From positions 2,464,001 through 2,528,000 of the forward strand of contig OZ243938.1 in NCBI GenBank assembly GCA_965214095.1: 64,000 nt of DNA, given 5' to 3'. How positions within the stretch are numbered: position 1 is the stretch's first letter; every line of letters begins with the position of its first letter. This stretch comes from Candidatus Poribacteria bacterium. GTDB lineage: Bacteria; Poribacteria; WGA-4E; WGA-3G. Shown one piece after another: positions 52,477-63,300 of the stretch. Both the position numbers and the translations under genes were made by a program. The notes under the pieces were generated by a model. That model searched no databases, was not told the origin of the DNA, and saw only the letters and a list, made by a program, of their open reading frames with translations.

Positions 52477-54630
52477 TTAATCTATATTCGTCCAATGTTC
52501 GGTAGGTTCATCTAAATCAGCAAGAACCTTTGTGCCAACTTCAAGATATTTGCCATTGAGCATCACAAATTTGTCTCCACGCAAAAACAGAAATTCTCCC
52601 TTAAATTCAATCTCTTGTTCAGAATCAGAAGTTGACATCTCAGCATAGCCATCGTCTGAGATGAGAAATATATCTATTACACCATCGGATTTGACCGTAA
52701 AACCTGTAGCCAATACATCTTCATCAGCACTGACAGAAATTGATTGAACCGTCGGGGTTTCTTCAACATCAGGTTTCATAGGTAGCAGCACAACATTCAG
52801 GACGGTTGGTAGTTCACGTTGTGAGGAAAAAGTCAACACCTTGCCATCTAAGTGAATGGATAGATCTTCAGCTTTTGCAGCACCGATAAAGATATTGCTT
52901 AATCCTGAATCCTGCGTCCATACCTGCTTCTCATTCTGCATGATGTGAGGTGTGGTAAGGTTAAAAATCTGTTCCAGCGAATGTTCTCCTTCACCGAGAA
53001 CGGTATCATGAAGAATATAATATTCACCCTTCACATAAAAAATAGAACGTTTGTGATGATATTCCGATGCCTTATACCAACCTTCAACATAATCATAGGC
53101 AACCGTTGCAATCCAATGTGTATCTGGGTCAGGAATTATTCCGGTTTCTATTGGTTGTCGTTTTCCATCAATCAGAATCACGCTAAATGACTTGTTTGTT
53201 CCTAACGTTTCATCACCGCTGTTTCTCTCAAGGTTGTGTGTAATGAGTTGCCGTCCATGTCCGGACAACACAAAACTCAACTTATCTTCGTATCCCAGTT
53301 TTCCCAGAGGACCACTGTCAAAACACAGATATTGTGCCTCACTTTCCCAACTATCCCTCATAACATAGTAACCAGTATAAGGCAATGCGTGTGAAAACAC
53401 CTTTTGTTCACTATCTTTCATAATTACATCACCAATATCGTCTTTCTTAACAAAGTCTAACTTGTCTGTGACGTTATCAGTAACAAATGGTGGGAATGAC
53501 AGATCGGGTTGACTAAGGTATATGCAGGCTTTCGTCTGTTCGGCTAAAGACTTCTTCATCTCTGCGATATTCTCATGATAGACGTGCTGTTGCGTTTTTT
53601 CGTAAGTATGTAGAAATCTGGAAAAATCTGACATTGCTTCGGCTTGTGAACACAGCAATAGGTCTTTATGAAAACCGTCAGGATAGAAGAACGTGTTTTC
53701 TATCCATTTGTAGCGACGAAATGCGAACCAGAGTAGTTGTTCACTAATACGAAATTCTGGAAAGAGAAACGCAGCAATACCGATTTCTGTTGTCGCATAA
53801 ATTGGCGGTGTCGGATAAATGGAGAGTTTTAGCAGACAATTGAGATACTGTTTTGAAGAAATAAAATCATTGGTTTTTTCTATATCTGATGTGAGTTCAA
53901 GAGTCTCTATAAAATTCACACGAAACTTTGTATACTCAGATTTTGCAGTAGATAAGTCCTCTTGTAAATATGCAGATTTTACATCTCCTAATCCATCCAA
54001 TTCCAAATTAAGATACTCAAAAAACTCATTATCACTTAGTGGAAACTTTAGACAATTGGAATGTACCAAATTATAATTAAGCGTTGTGTTATAGCATTCA
54101 ATTGCAGTTTGCAAGAGGGGTAAATTGAGCGTATCTGCAAGCTGAAATGCCGCTGTTATCGGCTGTAGGATATGTGAATCGGATGGTGAAGGTGACGCAT
54201 CGCTAAGATTTATCGCAATGCGACCAAACCCAGAAAGTCGCCAAAGTTCGGATTGGGGTAGTCCATTGCATACACAACTTGCCAATGCCAACGCACTTGC
54301 AGCTGCGAGTCTTTCACGTGCTGTTAGCGCATCGGTATATGTATAGAGATATTCTATATGTTCTAAAAGTATTTTTGCTAACGCTTCCCATTCCGTTTTA
54401 TCAAGAGTTTCGTGTGAAGCGATTGCAAGTGCTTCAATTACCCGTGCAGCCACAGATTCCAACTGCCAAGCGGGATGTTGTCCAGCAAATTCAACAGGTG
54501 TGGCGTTTGCTTCAGCAAAGGTAGTAAGTTCTTCAAAATCGGCAATTGGTTCAAATTGGCTGATTATCGGTAACTTTCGTTTTGCGAGTTCTGATGCTAA
54601 CAACGCAACATATTCGGAGTGTACTGTCAT
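52477..54630 (-). CDS. heparinase II/III-like protein (divergent)
   Basis: FYPDGFH, PDLSFPPF, TGYYVMRDSW, FDSGPLG...DKLSFVL..HGRQLI, HKRSIFYV...YILHD. Confidence 0.7.
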   Translation of the reverse strand: MTVHSEYVALLASELAKRKLPIISQFEPIADFEELTTFAEANATPVEFAGQHPAWQLESVAARVIEALAIASHETLDKTEWEALAKILLEHIEYLYTYTDALTARERLAAASALALASCVCNGLPQSELWRLSGFGRIAINLSDASPSPSDSHILQPITAAFQLADTLNLPLLQTAIECYNTTLNYNLVHSNCLKFPLSDNEFFEYLNLELDGLGDVKSAYLQEDLSTAKSEYTKFRVNFIETLELTSDIEKTNDFISSKQYLNCLLKLSIYPTPPIYATTEIGIAAFLFPEFRISEQLLWFAFRRYKWIENTFFYPDGFHKDLLLCSQAEAMSDFSRFLHTYEKTQQHVYHENIAEMKKSLAEQTKACIYLSQPDLSFPPFVTDNVTDKLDFVKKDDIGDVIMKDSEQKVFSHALPYTGYYVMRDSWESEAQYLCFDSGPLGKLGYEDKLSFVLSGHGRQLITHNLERNSGDETLGTNKSFSVILIDGKRQPIETGIIPDPDTHWIATVAYDYVEGWYKASEYHHKRSIFYVKGEYYILHDTVLGEGEHSLEQIFNLTTPHIMQNEKQVWTQDSGLSNIFIGAAKAEDLSIHLDGKVLTFSSQRELPTVLNVVLLPMKPDVEETPTVQSISVSADEDVLATGFTVKSDGVIDIFLISDDGYAEMSTSDSEQEIEFKGEFLFLRGDKFVMLNGKYLEVGTKVLADLDEPTEHWTNID

Positions 54631-55075
54631 AAATTCGCCTAATCCCAAAGGCTTTCAATTGTCAAAATTAAATCAGGTTATATCATATATGTCATGTCTT
54701 TTACACTCGTCTGATGTCGGATACCGTATTATATCAACACAGATCATGAAGTGCGCCTTAGCAACACAGCCAGATCAGAAATAACCCTTGTTACAACCGC
54801 ATTTAACCCTCTTTTTTCGCGAAGGTTTTTGTTATCATTTTTTCCAAAAACACCAAATTATAATGCAATTAATGCAAAATGTTTTTAAGGATACCATATT
54901 TTCAACCCAAAACACAACATAACATCCTGTAAGGTCTGTTCTTGCATTTGAAGCAACCTTTTCACTCTTTGAGTAATTTATAACCTAACTCATAAATCGT
55001 AGATGGGGTTTCAAACCACGATTTACCGGACACTCGATCAGGTGATTTCGGACAAATTGCATTTATGAAACACGC

Positions 55076-55194
55076 TGTAGTAAAGTTTAGAATTAAAAAG
55101 ACATTTCAATGCACTTGCAAGCACCACAAGTCCCGTAGGGGCGAGGTTTCCTCGCCCTCTGAGACGTGTCCTATTAATTGTAAATTCCACTATA
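55076..55194. mobile_element. TATAGT-ended MITE variant carrying a GTAG REP
   Basis: Left end TGTAGTAAAGTTTAGAATTAAAAAGACA versus right-end reverse complement TATAGTGGAATTTACAATTAATAGGACA; internal GTAGGGGCGAGGTTTCCTCGCCC. Confidence 0.7.
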
Positions 55195-55253
55195 GTTTTA
55201 GCTTTTTCTGCTCTATTTCATTACAAACGTTAATGGTTTTGAGATACGATATG

Positions 55254-55319
55254 GTAGTAGGCACGCTCCGCGTGCCGTCCACACAGATTGGGTTACGGCA
55301 CACCGAGTGTGCCTACTAC
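55254..55319. repeat. inverted REP pair (REPIN-like)
   Basis: GTAGTAGGCACGCTCCGCGTGCCGT...ACGGCACACCGAGTGTGCCTACTAC; same family as 33829-33899. Confidence 0.8.
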
Positions 55320-55368
55320 TATGCATCACTACAATTCCATAATGCAGGTTAATTCTAAAAGCTACCAT

Positions 55369-55471
55369 TATAGTGAATTATAAATATAAGTTGACACTTT
55401 CGCCCCACGGTAGGCGAGGTTTCCTAACCTCGCCGATGCAGAGTGTTCAAGTAATTTCAAAATCTACTATA
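55369..55471 (+). mobile_element. 103-bp REP-carrying MITE, copy 5 of 5
   Basis: Near-identical to 23149-23251. Confidence 0.88.
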
Positions 55472-55563
55472 ATGCTTCTATCCGTATATTTTTATGCGTT
55501 TTTACCTGTTAATGTGATATACTAAATTATTATGAAATCAATTCAAGACCAAAGGAAATAAGC

Positions 55564-56373
55564 ATGATTCAAGTAGTAGTTAACGGTGCATGTGGACGGA
55601 TGGGGAGATTAATTACACAAGGTGTCGCACAACAAGACGATATGCAGCTTGTTGGTGCAACTGAATACGCTGCACATCCAGAAATTGGTGCTGATGTTGG
55701 AGTCGTAGCAGGTATCGGTGAACTCGGTATTGTAATCACAAGCGATCTCAAAGATGTGATTGCAGATGCTGATGTTGCAATTGAATTTTCAACTCCCGAT
55801 GCATCATTAGAACATCTTAGACAAGTTGTAGATGCAGATAAGGCAATAGTTCTTGCAACGACAGGATTCAACGCAGACGAATTAGCAGAAGTCCATAAAC
55901 TTGCTTCAAAAATAAAATGTGTCATGGCACCGAATATGAGCCTTGGTGTGAACGTCATGATTCAGGCTTTGGAATTGGTTGCAAAGGCACTTGGCGATGA
56001 TTATGATATTGAAGTAATTGAAGCACATCACAATCATAAAGCAGATTCTCCGAGTGGCACAGCACTGAGGTTAGCAGAGACAGTCGCCGCAGCCGTTGGA
56101 CGTGATTTGGATGAAGTGGGTATCTATGGTCGCCACGGTATCATCGGTCCGCGTCCGGAAAAACAGATTGGTATACATGCTATTCGTGGTGGAGACATTG
56201 CGGGGGATCACACTGTCATGTTTGCAACAGAAGGTGAAACACTCAGTGTAGTACACCGAGCACATAGTCCAGAGGCGTTTGCAAAAGGTGCTATCCGTGC
56301 CGCGAGATGGGTGGTAGATGCCCCCCGAGGATTACACGATGTTAGCGAAGTCCTTTTCGGTAAAAAGCAATAA
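55564..56373 (+). CDS. dapB: 4-hydroxy-tetrahydrodipicolinate reductase
   Basis: GACGRMG, ATTG, APNMSLGVN, EAHHNHKADSPSGTA, IRGGDIAGDH, FAKGA. Confidence 0.96.
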   Translation: MIQVVVNGACGRMGRLITQGVAQQDDMQLVGATEYAAHPEIGADVGVVAGIGELGIVITSDLKDVIADADVAIEFSTPDASLEHLRQVVDADKAIVLATTGFNADELAEVHKLASKIKCVMAPNMSLGVNVMIQALELVAKALGDDYDIEVIEAHHNHKADSPSGTALRLAETVAAAVGRDLDEVGIYGRHGIIGPRPEKQIGIHAIRGGDIAGDHTVMFATEGETLSVVHRAHSPEAFAKGAIRAARWVVDAPRGLHDVSEVLFGKKQ

Positions 56374-58405
56374 GTCCGCAAATAGAATACTTACATGTCT
56401 CTTCCTGTTACATCTTGTCGCAATTTTATCAGTTCTCGGATGCCAAAACACACCGAAACACACTATAGGTATATGGAAAACAGTTTTAGAAGGAGACTGG
56501 AGTGCACGGCTATATGATGTCCATTTTATCTCTGAAACACATGGATGGGCAGTAGGCAATTCAGTCGGGTTAGTATCAGATCACAACATCAATGAATCCG
56601 ATAATTCCTACACCGATGGTGCAGAGAGTATTATCCTGCATACTGAGGACGGAGGAAAAAATTGGCATAAACAACATAGTACAGTTTTTGGAAATCCACT
56701 GAGGAAAGTGTTCTTTCGCAATAGTAAGGAAGGATGGTCTGTTGGTGAAGGCGGTGTTATTATACGGACAACCGATGGTGGAAAAACGTGGCTAAGGATT
56801 GAATCAGGAACAGAACACGATTTACACGGTCTCTATATCGGGAAAGAAACCTGCTGGATAGTTGGGGATTGGGGGACACTCCTCAAATCAGTAGACGGTG
56901 GAAAAACTTATGAAATCCTTGGAACCAGTTTTGGAAGAAAATCAATAAAAGGGATTCAGTTTATTGATAACACAAACGGTTGGATTATCACCTATAGTAC
57001 ACCGAATGACTCAGAGAATTCAGGTTATATCTACCACACCCAGAATGGTGGACAGACATGGAAAGAACAATTCAAAACCAAATCCGCACTCTTCAGTCTA
57101 CATTTCATTGATAGGATGATGGGTTGGGTTGTCGGTGATAGACGGAGCATCTATGTAACAACCGACGGTGGACAAACTTGGAGATTCCTCACAGAAGGAA
57201 GCAACCAACGACACACTGAAAAATACGGACAACCCGAATATCTTGGCAATGAACCATTACACACCTTTACGCTCTATGATGTTGACTTTGCTGACAATCA
57301 GCACGGGTGGATTGTGGGAGATTTGGGTGTAATTCTCCATATTGCATCAGGTGTGAAGAAAGATGGCAGCCGTCTATGGAAACACCAACGTGGTGGTCCG
57401 CGTTTTCACAACAGTGCCGATGCACTCTTATTAGGTGTTGACTTTGTTTCTCATAAACTCGGTTGGGCAGTTGGTGAAAACGGAACGATATTGCATACAC
57501 GCAACGGTGGTATAACATGGGATTCCCAATCAAGTCCAACACATCTACTTTTTGATATATGCATCACTGCAGACAATAAGGGATATGTCGTGGGGGATCG
57601 AGGTGCCATTTTACAAACAGAGGATAGCGGTTCTAATTGGCAACCCCAGGATAGCAGAACTACTGAGTGCTTCGGAGGGACGCACTTTGTAACACCGAAA
57701 AAGGGGTGGGCAGTTGCAGAAGCAGGTGTGATTTTACACACAACAAACGGTGGTGTAGTTTGGCAACGGCAAACCTCTAACACAGAACAAGACCTACTTG
57801 CCGTGTTCTTTGTTGATGAAAATACAGGTTGGTGTGTAGGGAGTACGGGGGAAATAGTACATACTTCCAATGGCGGAAAAACTTGGTCTCAACAAAAAAG
57901 TGGTGTTTCATTTAACCTATTTGATATTCATTTTACGTCTAAAACTGAAGGATGGGTAGTAGGGTTATTTGGAACGCTTTTATACACGAATGATGGCGGT
58001 AAACGGTGGCAACTTTCTACACTCACACGCGAACTCAAGAGAATGAACACTATGCAGAATGCATGGTTAAACGCTGTCTATTTTGTGACTTCACAAATAG
58101 GATGGGTGGTCGGTGTGGATGGTTTGATATTTCACACCAATGATGGTGGCAAAAGTTGGACACGACAAAATAGCAATACGTTAAACTTTCTCTACGATGT
58201 GTTTTTTATCTCAAAAGAAGAAGGATGGATTGTAGGAAAAGAAGGACTTGTTTTACATACAAAAGATGGGGGGACGAACTGGAGACCCCAAAGAACAAAT
58301 ACACGAACAGACCTAACGGCTATACACATGAGCAGTCCCAACTCAGGATTAGTTACAGGACAAGGTGGAACTATTCTAAAATATGAGGTGCTTGAACTCG
58401 AATAA
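56339..58405 (+). CDS. YCF48/BNR-repeat beta-propeller lipoprotein
   Basis: Many L.DV.F....GW.VG..G.I.HT.DGG..W repeats; lipobox VLGC. Start uncertain (56318 or 56339). Confidence 0.88.
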   Translation: MLAKSFSVKSNKSANRILTCLFLLHLVAILSVLGCQNTPKHTIGIWKTVLEGDWSARLYDVHFISETHGWAVGNSVGLVSDHNINESDNSYTDGAESIILHTEDGGKNWHKQHSTVFGNPLRKVFFRNSKEGWSVGEGGVIIRTTDGGKTWLRIESGTEHDLHGLYIGKETCWIVGDWGTLLKSVDGGKTYEILGTSFGRKSIKGIQFIDNTNGWIITYSTPNDSENSGYIYHTQNGGQTWKEQFKTKSALFSLHFIDRMMGWVVGDRRSIYVTTDGGQTWRFLTEGSNQRHTEKYGQPEYLGNEPLHTFTLYDVDFADNQHGWIVGDLGVILHIASGVKKDGSRLWKHQRGGPRFHNSADALLLGVDFVSHKLGWAVGENGTILHTRNGGITWDSQSSPTHLLFDICITADNKGYVVGDRGAILQTEDSGSNWQPQDSRTTECFGGTHFVTPKKGWAVAEAGVILHTTNGGVVWQRQTSNTEQDLLAVFFVDENTGWCVGSTGEIVHTSNGGKTWSQQKSGVSFNLFDIHFTSKTEGWVVGLFGTLLYTNDGGKRWQLSTLTRELKRMNTMQNAWLNAVYFVTSQIGWVVGVDGLIFHTNDGGKSWTRQNSNTLNFLYDVFFISKEEGWIVGKEGLVLHTKDGGTNWRPQRTNTRTDLTAIHMSSPNSGLVTGQGGTILKYEVLELE

Positions 58406-58417
58406 GGAAATAGAATT

Positions 58418-59161
58418 ATGACTGGTGAACAAAAATATCTATTTGATTTACAAGGGTACATTGTCTTGAAAGATGTTGTGCCTCCTAATGTCGTTGAGGC
58501 ATGCAACGCGGTGCTTGACAAGTATGAAAACATGAACCCAAGTGATTACCCGAACCCATTATGCTTGGGTACGGAACGTACTGAAAAAGAACTCTACATA
58601 TCAAATATTTTGGAAGCAGACAGTGCCTTGAATGCACTCGTTGATATTCCTGAAGTGCTCAATGTAGTTGCGGGGGTAACCGGTGGACCGTATCGCCTAA
58701 ACCATACCTATACAATATATCGCTGGGGTGGTGGTTATACCGGTTTGCACATGCATGGAACACCTATTATTCCAAAGTGTCAGTATCACTGCAGAAATGG
58801 TGAGATGGTATCTACTTTAACCAAGGCAGTATTTCCTATGCTTGATTGTGGTGTAGATGACGGTTGTTTCGCTGTTATCCCAGGCGCACATAAGAGCAAC
58901 TTTCCGAAACCGTGGGGAAGTCATCCAGATGAAAACCCTGTGCTGATGCCCATTCCCGCTAAAGCAGGGGATGCAATCATTTTCACCGAAGCACTTACAC
59001 ACGGATCCGTCATCAATGTATCAGAAAAACCGCGCAGAACACTCTACTACTGTTATAGCGTAGGTTATATGCCCGATTGGGGTGGTCAAGGTTTGCATTT
59101 CAGTCCCAACGTCATGAACCAACTTAATGAAACACAACAAGCTATCTTACATCTTAAATAA
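58418..59161 (+). CDS. phytanoyl-CoA dioxygenase (PhyH) family Fe/2OG enzyme
   Basis: YLFDLQGYIVL, GCFAVIPGAHK, AGDAIIFTEALTHGS, RRTLYYCY. Confidence 0.88.
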   Translation: MTGEQKYLFDLQGYIVLKDVVPPNVVEACNAVLDKYENMNPSDYPNPLCLGTERTEKELYISNILEADSALNALVDIPEVLNVVAGVTGGPYRLNHTYTIYRWGGGYTGLHMHGTPIIPKCQYHCRNGEMVSTLTKAVFPMLDCGVDDGCFAVIPGAHKSNFPKPWGSHPDENPVLMPIPAKAGDAIIFTEALTHGSVINVSEKPRRTLYYCYSVGYMPDWGGQGLHFSPNVMNQLNETQQAILHLK

Positions 59162-59179
59162 TAAGGAAAGGACATTACT

Positions 59180-60358
59180 TTGATTACAATTGCAGAACGG
59201 TTACAAAAACTTCCACCCTATCTTTTTGTGGATTTACGACAAAAAATGATGGCCGCCAAAGAACGAGGCGTTGATGTCATCAGCCTTGGAATCGGCGATC
59301 CTGATTTTCCTACACCCGACCCGGTAGTGCAAACTTTATGTAGCTCAATACAAGACACTGAAGACCCTGATAGACATCGTTACGGATGTGATAGTCCTGT
59401 AACAGAATTTCCGCAGGCTGTGAGTGCGTTCTATCAAAATCGCTTTGGTGTTTCCTTAGAAGAGAATCAGATCGTTACGACACTCGGTAGCAAAGATGCA
59501 ATTGTCAAAATGGCATTAGGCATATTAAATCCTGGGGATATAGGTATTGCTGCAAGTCCAGGATATCCAACATATAACATCGGACATGTATTTGCAAGTG
59601 CAACCACATACTATGCTCCGATCTTAAGATCAAACGATTTCTATGTTGACTTTGATGCTATTCCTGTTGAGGTGAAACGTCTTGCCAAAGTTCTTTGGAT
59701 TAACTATCCAAACAATCCTACTACGGCAGTTGCTGATTTAGACTTTTTCAAACGGGCAGTTGAATTTGGCAGACAGAACAACATACTCATCGCGCATGAC
59801 AACGCATACAGTGAAAATACCTATGATGGATACAAATCACCAAGCATACTTCAAGTGGATGGAGCCGATGAAGTCGCCGTTGAATTCTTTTCATTGAGCA
59901 AAGCATTCAATATGACAGGGTGGCGATTAGGATTTGTCGTCGGTAATGCTACTGCTGTTGAAGCTGTGAAAAAGGTAAAGGACAATATTGACAACGGTTC
60001 ATTACGCGCATTACAATTCTCAGGAGCAAAGGCACTTTCAATCGCAGACGATGTTACATCACAACTCAATAACATATATCAAAAACGTAGAGACACAGTG
60101 GTTGATGCACTAAAACAGAGTGGGTGGTCTATTGAAAAACCGAAAGCAACTATGTATGTATGGGCACCAGTACCAGAACGTTTTGACGGTTCAAGTCGAG
60201 CTTTTGCTACTGCGCTCCTTGAAGATGCGGGTGTCGTTGTAACTCCCGGACTCGGTTATGGACAATGGAGTGAAGGTTATTTCAGGATTTCATTGACATA
60301 TCCGGACAATGTAATTGAAGAAGCGATTACGCGAATTAGAGATTTTTCCTCACAATAA
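59180..60358 (+). CDS. dapL: class I/II PLP aminotransferase, probable LL-diaminopimelate aminotransferase
   Basis: LPPYLF, SLGIGDPD, NYPNNPT, HDNAYSE, FSLSKAFNMTGWRLG; in the same run as dapB; TTG start. Confidence 0.75.
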   Translation: MITIAERLQKLPPYLFVDLRQKMMAAKERGVDVISLGIGDPDFPTPDPVVQTLCSSIQDTEDPDRHRYGCDSPVTEFPQAVSAFYQNRFGVSLEENQIVTTLGSKDAIVKMALGILNPGDIGIAASPGYPTYNIGHVFASATTYYAPILRSNDFYVDFDAIPVEVKRLAKVLWINYPNNPTTAVADLDFFKRAVEFGRQNNILIAHDNAYSENTYDGYKSPSILQVDGADEVAVEFFSLSKAFNMTGWRLGFVVGNATAVEAVKKVKDNIDNGSLRALQFSGAKALSIADDVTSQLNNIYQKRRDTVVDALKQSGWSIEKPKATMYVWAPVPERFDGSSRAFATALLEDAGVVVTPGLGYGQWSEGYFRISLTYPDNVIEEAITRIRDFSSQ

Positions 60359-60375
60359 ACATGAGGTGGTTTATT

Positions 60376-63300
60376 TTGATTCGATTGCTAAAATTTGTTC
60401 ACATTTTATCATTGATTTTCTGCATTAATATTGTTGAATACGCTGCAGCATTTGAACAGATGAAAAGTTACACTGTGGCAGATGGGTTGGTAGGTCCTAT
60501 AGTACCTATTATTTATCAAGATAGTCGCGGTGTGCTTTGGTTTGGTTCAGATAGAGGAGGTGTCAGCAAATATGACGGAAGTAGTTTTGTGCCATATACT
60601 GAGATTGTTCATAATGAGCAAACTGAGGAGTTCCACGGCAGAACCAAAACTATTGTTGAGGATAAGTGGGGGTATATTTGGTGTTTGAGTCAACATCCTG
60701 CTGAAGGTAGCGGTGTTGTGAGTCGGTACAATGGAAAAACTTTTGAATATATCACAGATGGAAATTGTCTGACAGTAGATAATAGTGGAGATATTTGGGT
60801 TGGTAAAGACAATGCATTTACACGTTATAAATCACTAAGCATTCAAGACCTGCCACAAGCCTTTCCACAGACTATTACCGGTGTTTCCGTTGCCATAATA
60901 AATGTTATTTTTCAAAGTAAAGATGACACATACTGGATAGGTGGCCACGATGCAAATGGGGCACTTATTATGAAGTTCCAAACTGATGTGAGTATGTGGC
61001 AAATTAAGAACTTGGAACGGATGGAAAATATCCCAAGTGTGCCAAAAGATCGCGAAGTACAGGTAATTATGCAAGACCGGAATGATCTGCTTTGGTTTGG
61101 GGGACAATCACTACTATTTAGTTATGATGGAAATGAATTCAAGGACATACTTAGGACATCTACAGAAACACAGAATAGAAGTGTAAAGTTACAAACTGCT
61201 AATGACCGGAATGTAACGGTAAAGAGCGATGTATATGGAAGAATATGGTTTAGTGATAACCGACAGGTGAGTTGGTGGAATGGTAATACACTAAATCGCT
61301 TTAGAAGAATTACGCCAGATTCAAACCAATATATCAACATGCAAGGTTCCTTTGAAATTGAAGATGCTTGGAACAATCTATGGTTTGCAACTGAAATGGG
61401 AGCTCATGCATACAATACGAAGTATTTTGAAAATGAAATCAACAATCTTTTTCAATTGGATGAATCACAAACTGTTTCCACAGAACTACAACAGAAAGTA
61501 TACGGCGTTGACCATGGACTTGGTAGTGACAATATATTCACAATCTATGAATCTTTGGACGGTAAAATCTGGTTCGGTCATGACAACGGTGTGACGACTT
61601 TTGAACAGAAACCGGTCATTGTAAACCACACCACCCGAACAATACTAGGCAGCAATAGTGTCAGATTGTTGGAATCAGATAGCACTGGAACCCTATGGCT
61701 AAGCATTCCTGGCGGCGTAGCACAGTATCTTGAAAATGATGAGTTACTCACACAACACAATCTAACAAACTTTGCTTATAAAACCGAGTCATTCAGTATT
61801 GAGATTAGATTTGATAACAATCCGAATTTAAGTAGACGCGCAGAAATATCACACATTTTTGAAGCAGACGGTTATATCTGGTTTCTTGATAAACCTATTC
61901 TGCTACAAGATCCATTTACCGTTTACAGAATCTTCCGTTATAAAGATAAGAAATTTGAAAGGCATTCACTTCTTATACAGGCTGATATCGGTCCAGGTGG
62001 GGAAAAAATTTACATTAATTCAGAACCAATTGTTACTTCAAGAAAAGACCCCTGGATTGTATTAGGTGGATGGGTTTTCCTTCCGAGAAGAGACGGGCTG
62101 CACCGTCTTTTATCAGATGGGAAAATACGAAGAACATCATTTAATTCAACAGAATCATTAACCTCACCACCTGCAGCAGTAACTGCCCTCCACACTGACA
62201 AACAAGGTAGATTATGGTGTTATTATGACAATAGAGATGTTAAACGATTCTCAAATATAAGGATTAATGCAAATTACGTGGGAGGCAATATCCATACCGA
62301 AGTACTGCAACTCAAATCTGTAATTCCTGCTATAGGGAATTCTACAGAAAATGTAGTTCAATGGTTCTACAATATTGAGAGTGGACAGTTAATGTATTGG
62401 CAGAATCCTGACATCATAAATACATTGACTGAACTTCCCGGAGCAGCAAGTGGGGCACCGCTTCTGACTATTCACAACACTCCTTCTTCTCAAGACGAAT
62501 CAGAATCAGCCACTTTAGTTTTTCACGATAGTATTAAAACATATCAAGGGACAGAATTGAGAAACGCTGTTACTGTGGCAATTGAAAAGGTAAACGGTTC
62601 AATCACATCCTCTGATGGTGATCTTTGGTTAGCAACATCACAAGGAGCAATTCGGTATAATGGACAGGAAGCCATAACATATACAACAACAACTGACCAT
62701 TTCCTTGTAGATGACTTACGTGATGTGCATGAAGACCGGTGGGGTAATATATGGTTTGCTACATGGGGTGGTGGCGTTGTCAGATATGATGGCAGTTCAT
62801 TCCAATCTGTTACCACCAAGGACGGTCTCATTCACAATAATGTGTCAAGTATCCATGCGGCAAACGAAAAGGAATTGTGGTTTGGTACTGAAGGCGGTGC
62901 AACGCAGTATCGGGCAAATCTTGGGGCATTACCGTTTTGTCGTATCGTTTCTGTTGACGCAGGTAAGTCATTCACCGAACCGTTTAGTTTAGAAGCAGGC
63001 AATCAGAAAATTACTGAAATTACAGAACTGCTTCCAGCACGCCTTAAAAACATGACTATTCACTTTCAAGGTGTTAACCCGCTTAGAGATGAAATGGAAT
63101 ATAGATTTAGGTTAATTGGGCTTGATGACATTGCATGGACGCGCATTTCGTCTGATACGGAGCAATCTGTTAGTGAAACAACTTTAGGTAACGAAGTAAA
63201 GCAATTCTATCAACCACAACAAGTAGGGGAAGATGGGAGTTTGCCACATATCCGTTATGAAGGCCTAAAATCAGGGAATTATACCTTTTTGATAAAGGCG

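Noticed and set aside
21065-55471. CRISPR array interpretation of the recurring GTTTCCTAAC palindromes
   Set aside because: Copies are dispersed or inverted, lack regular unique spacers, and no cas genes are present; they fit GTAG REPs.
60835-62992. Short ORFs listed in this interval, and the antisense/alternate-frame ORFs throughout the window
   Set aside because: They are shadow frames of longer, motif-supported genes.
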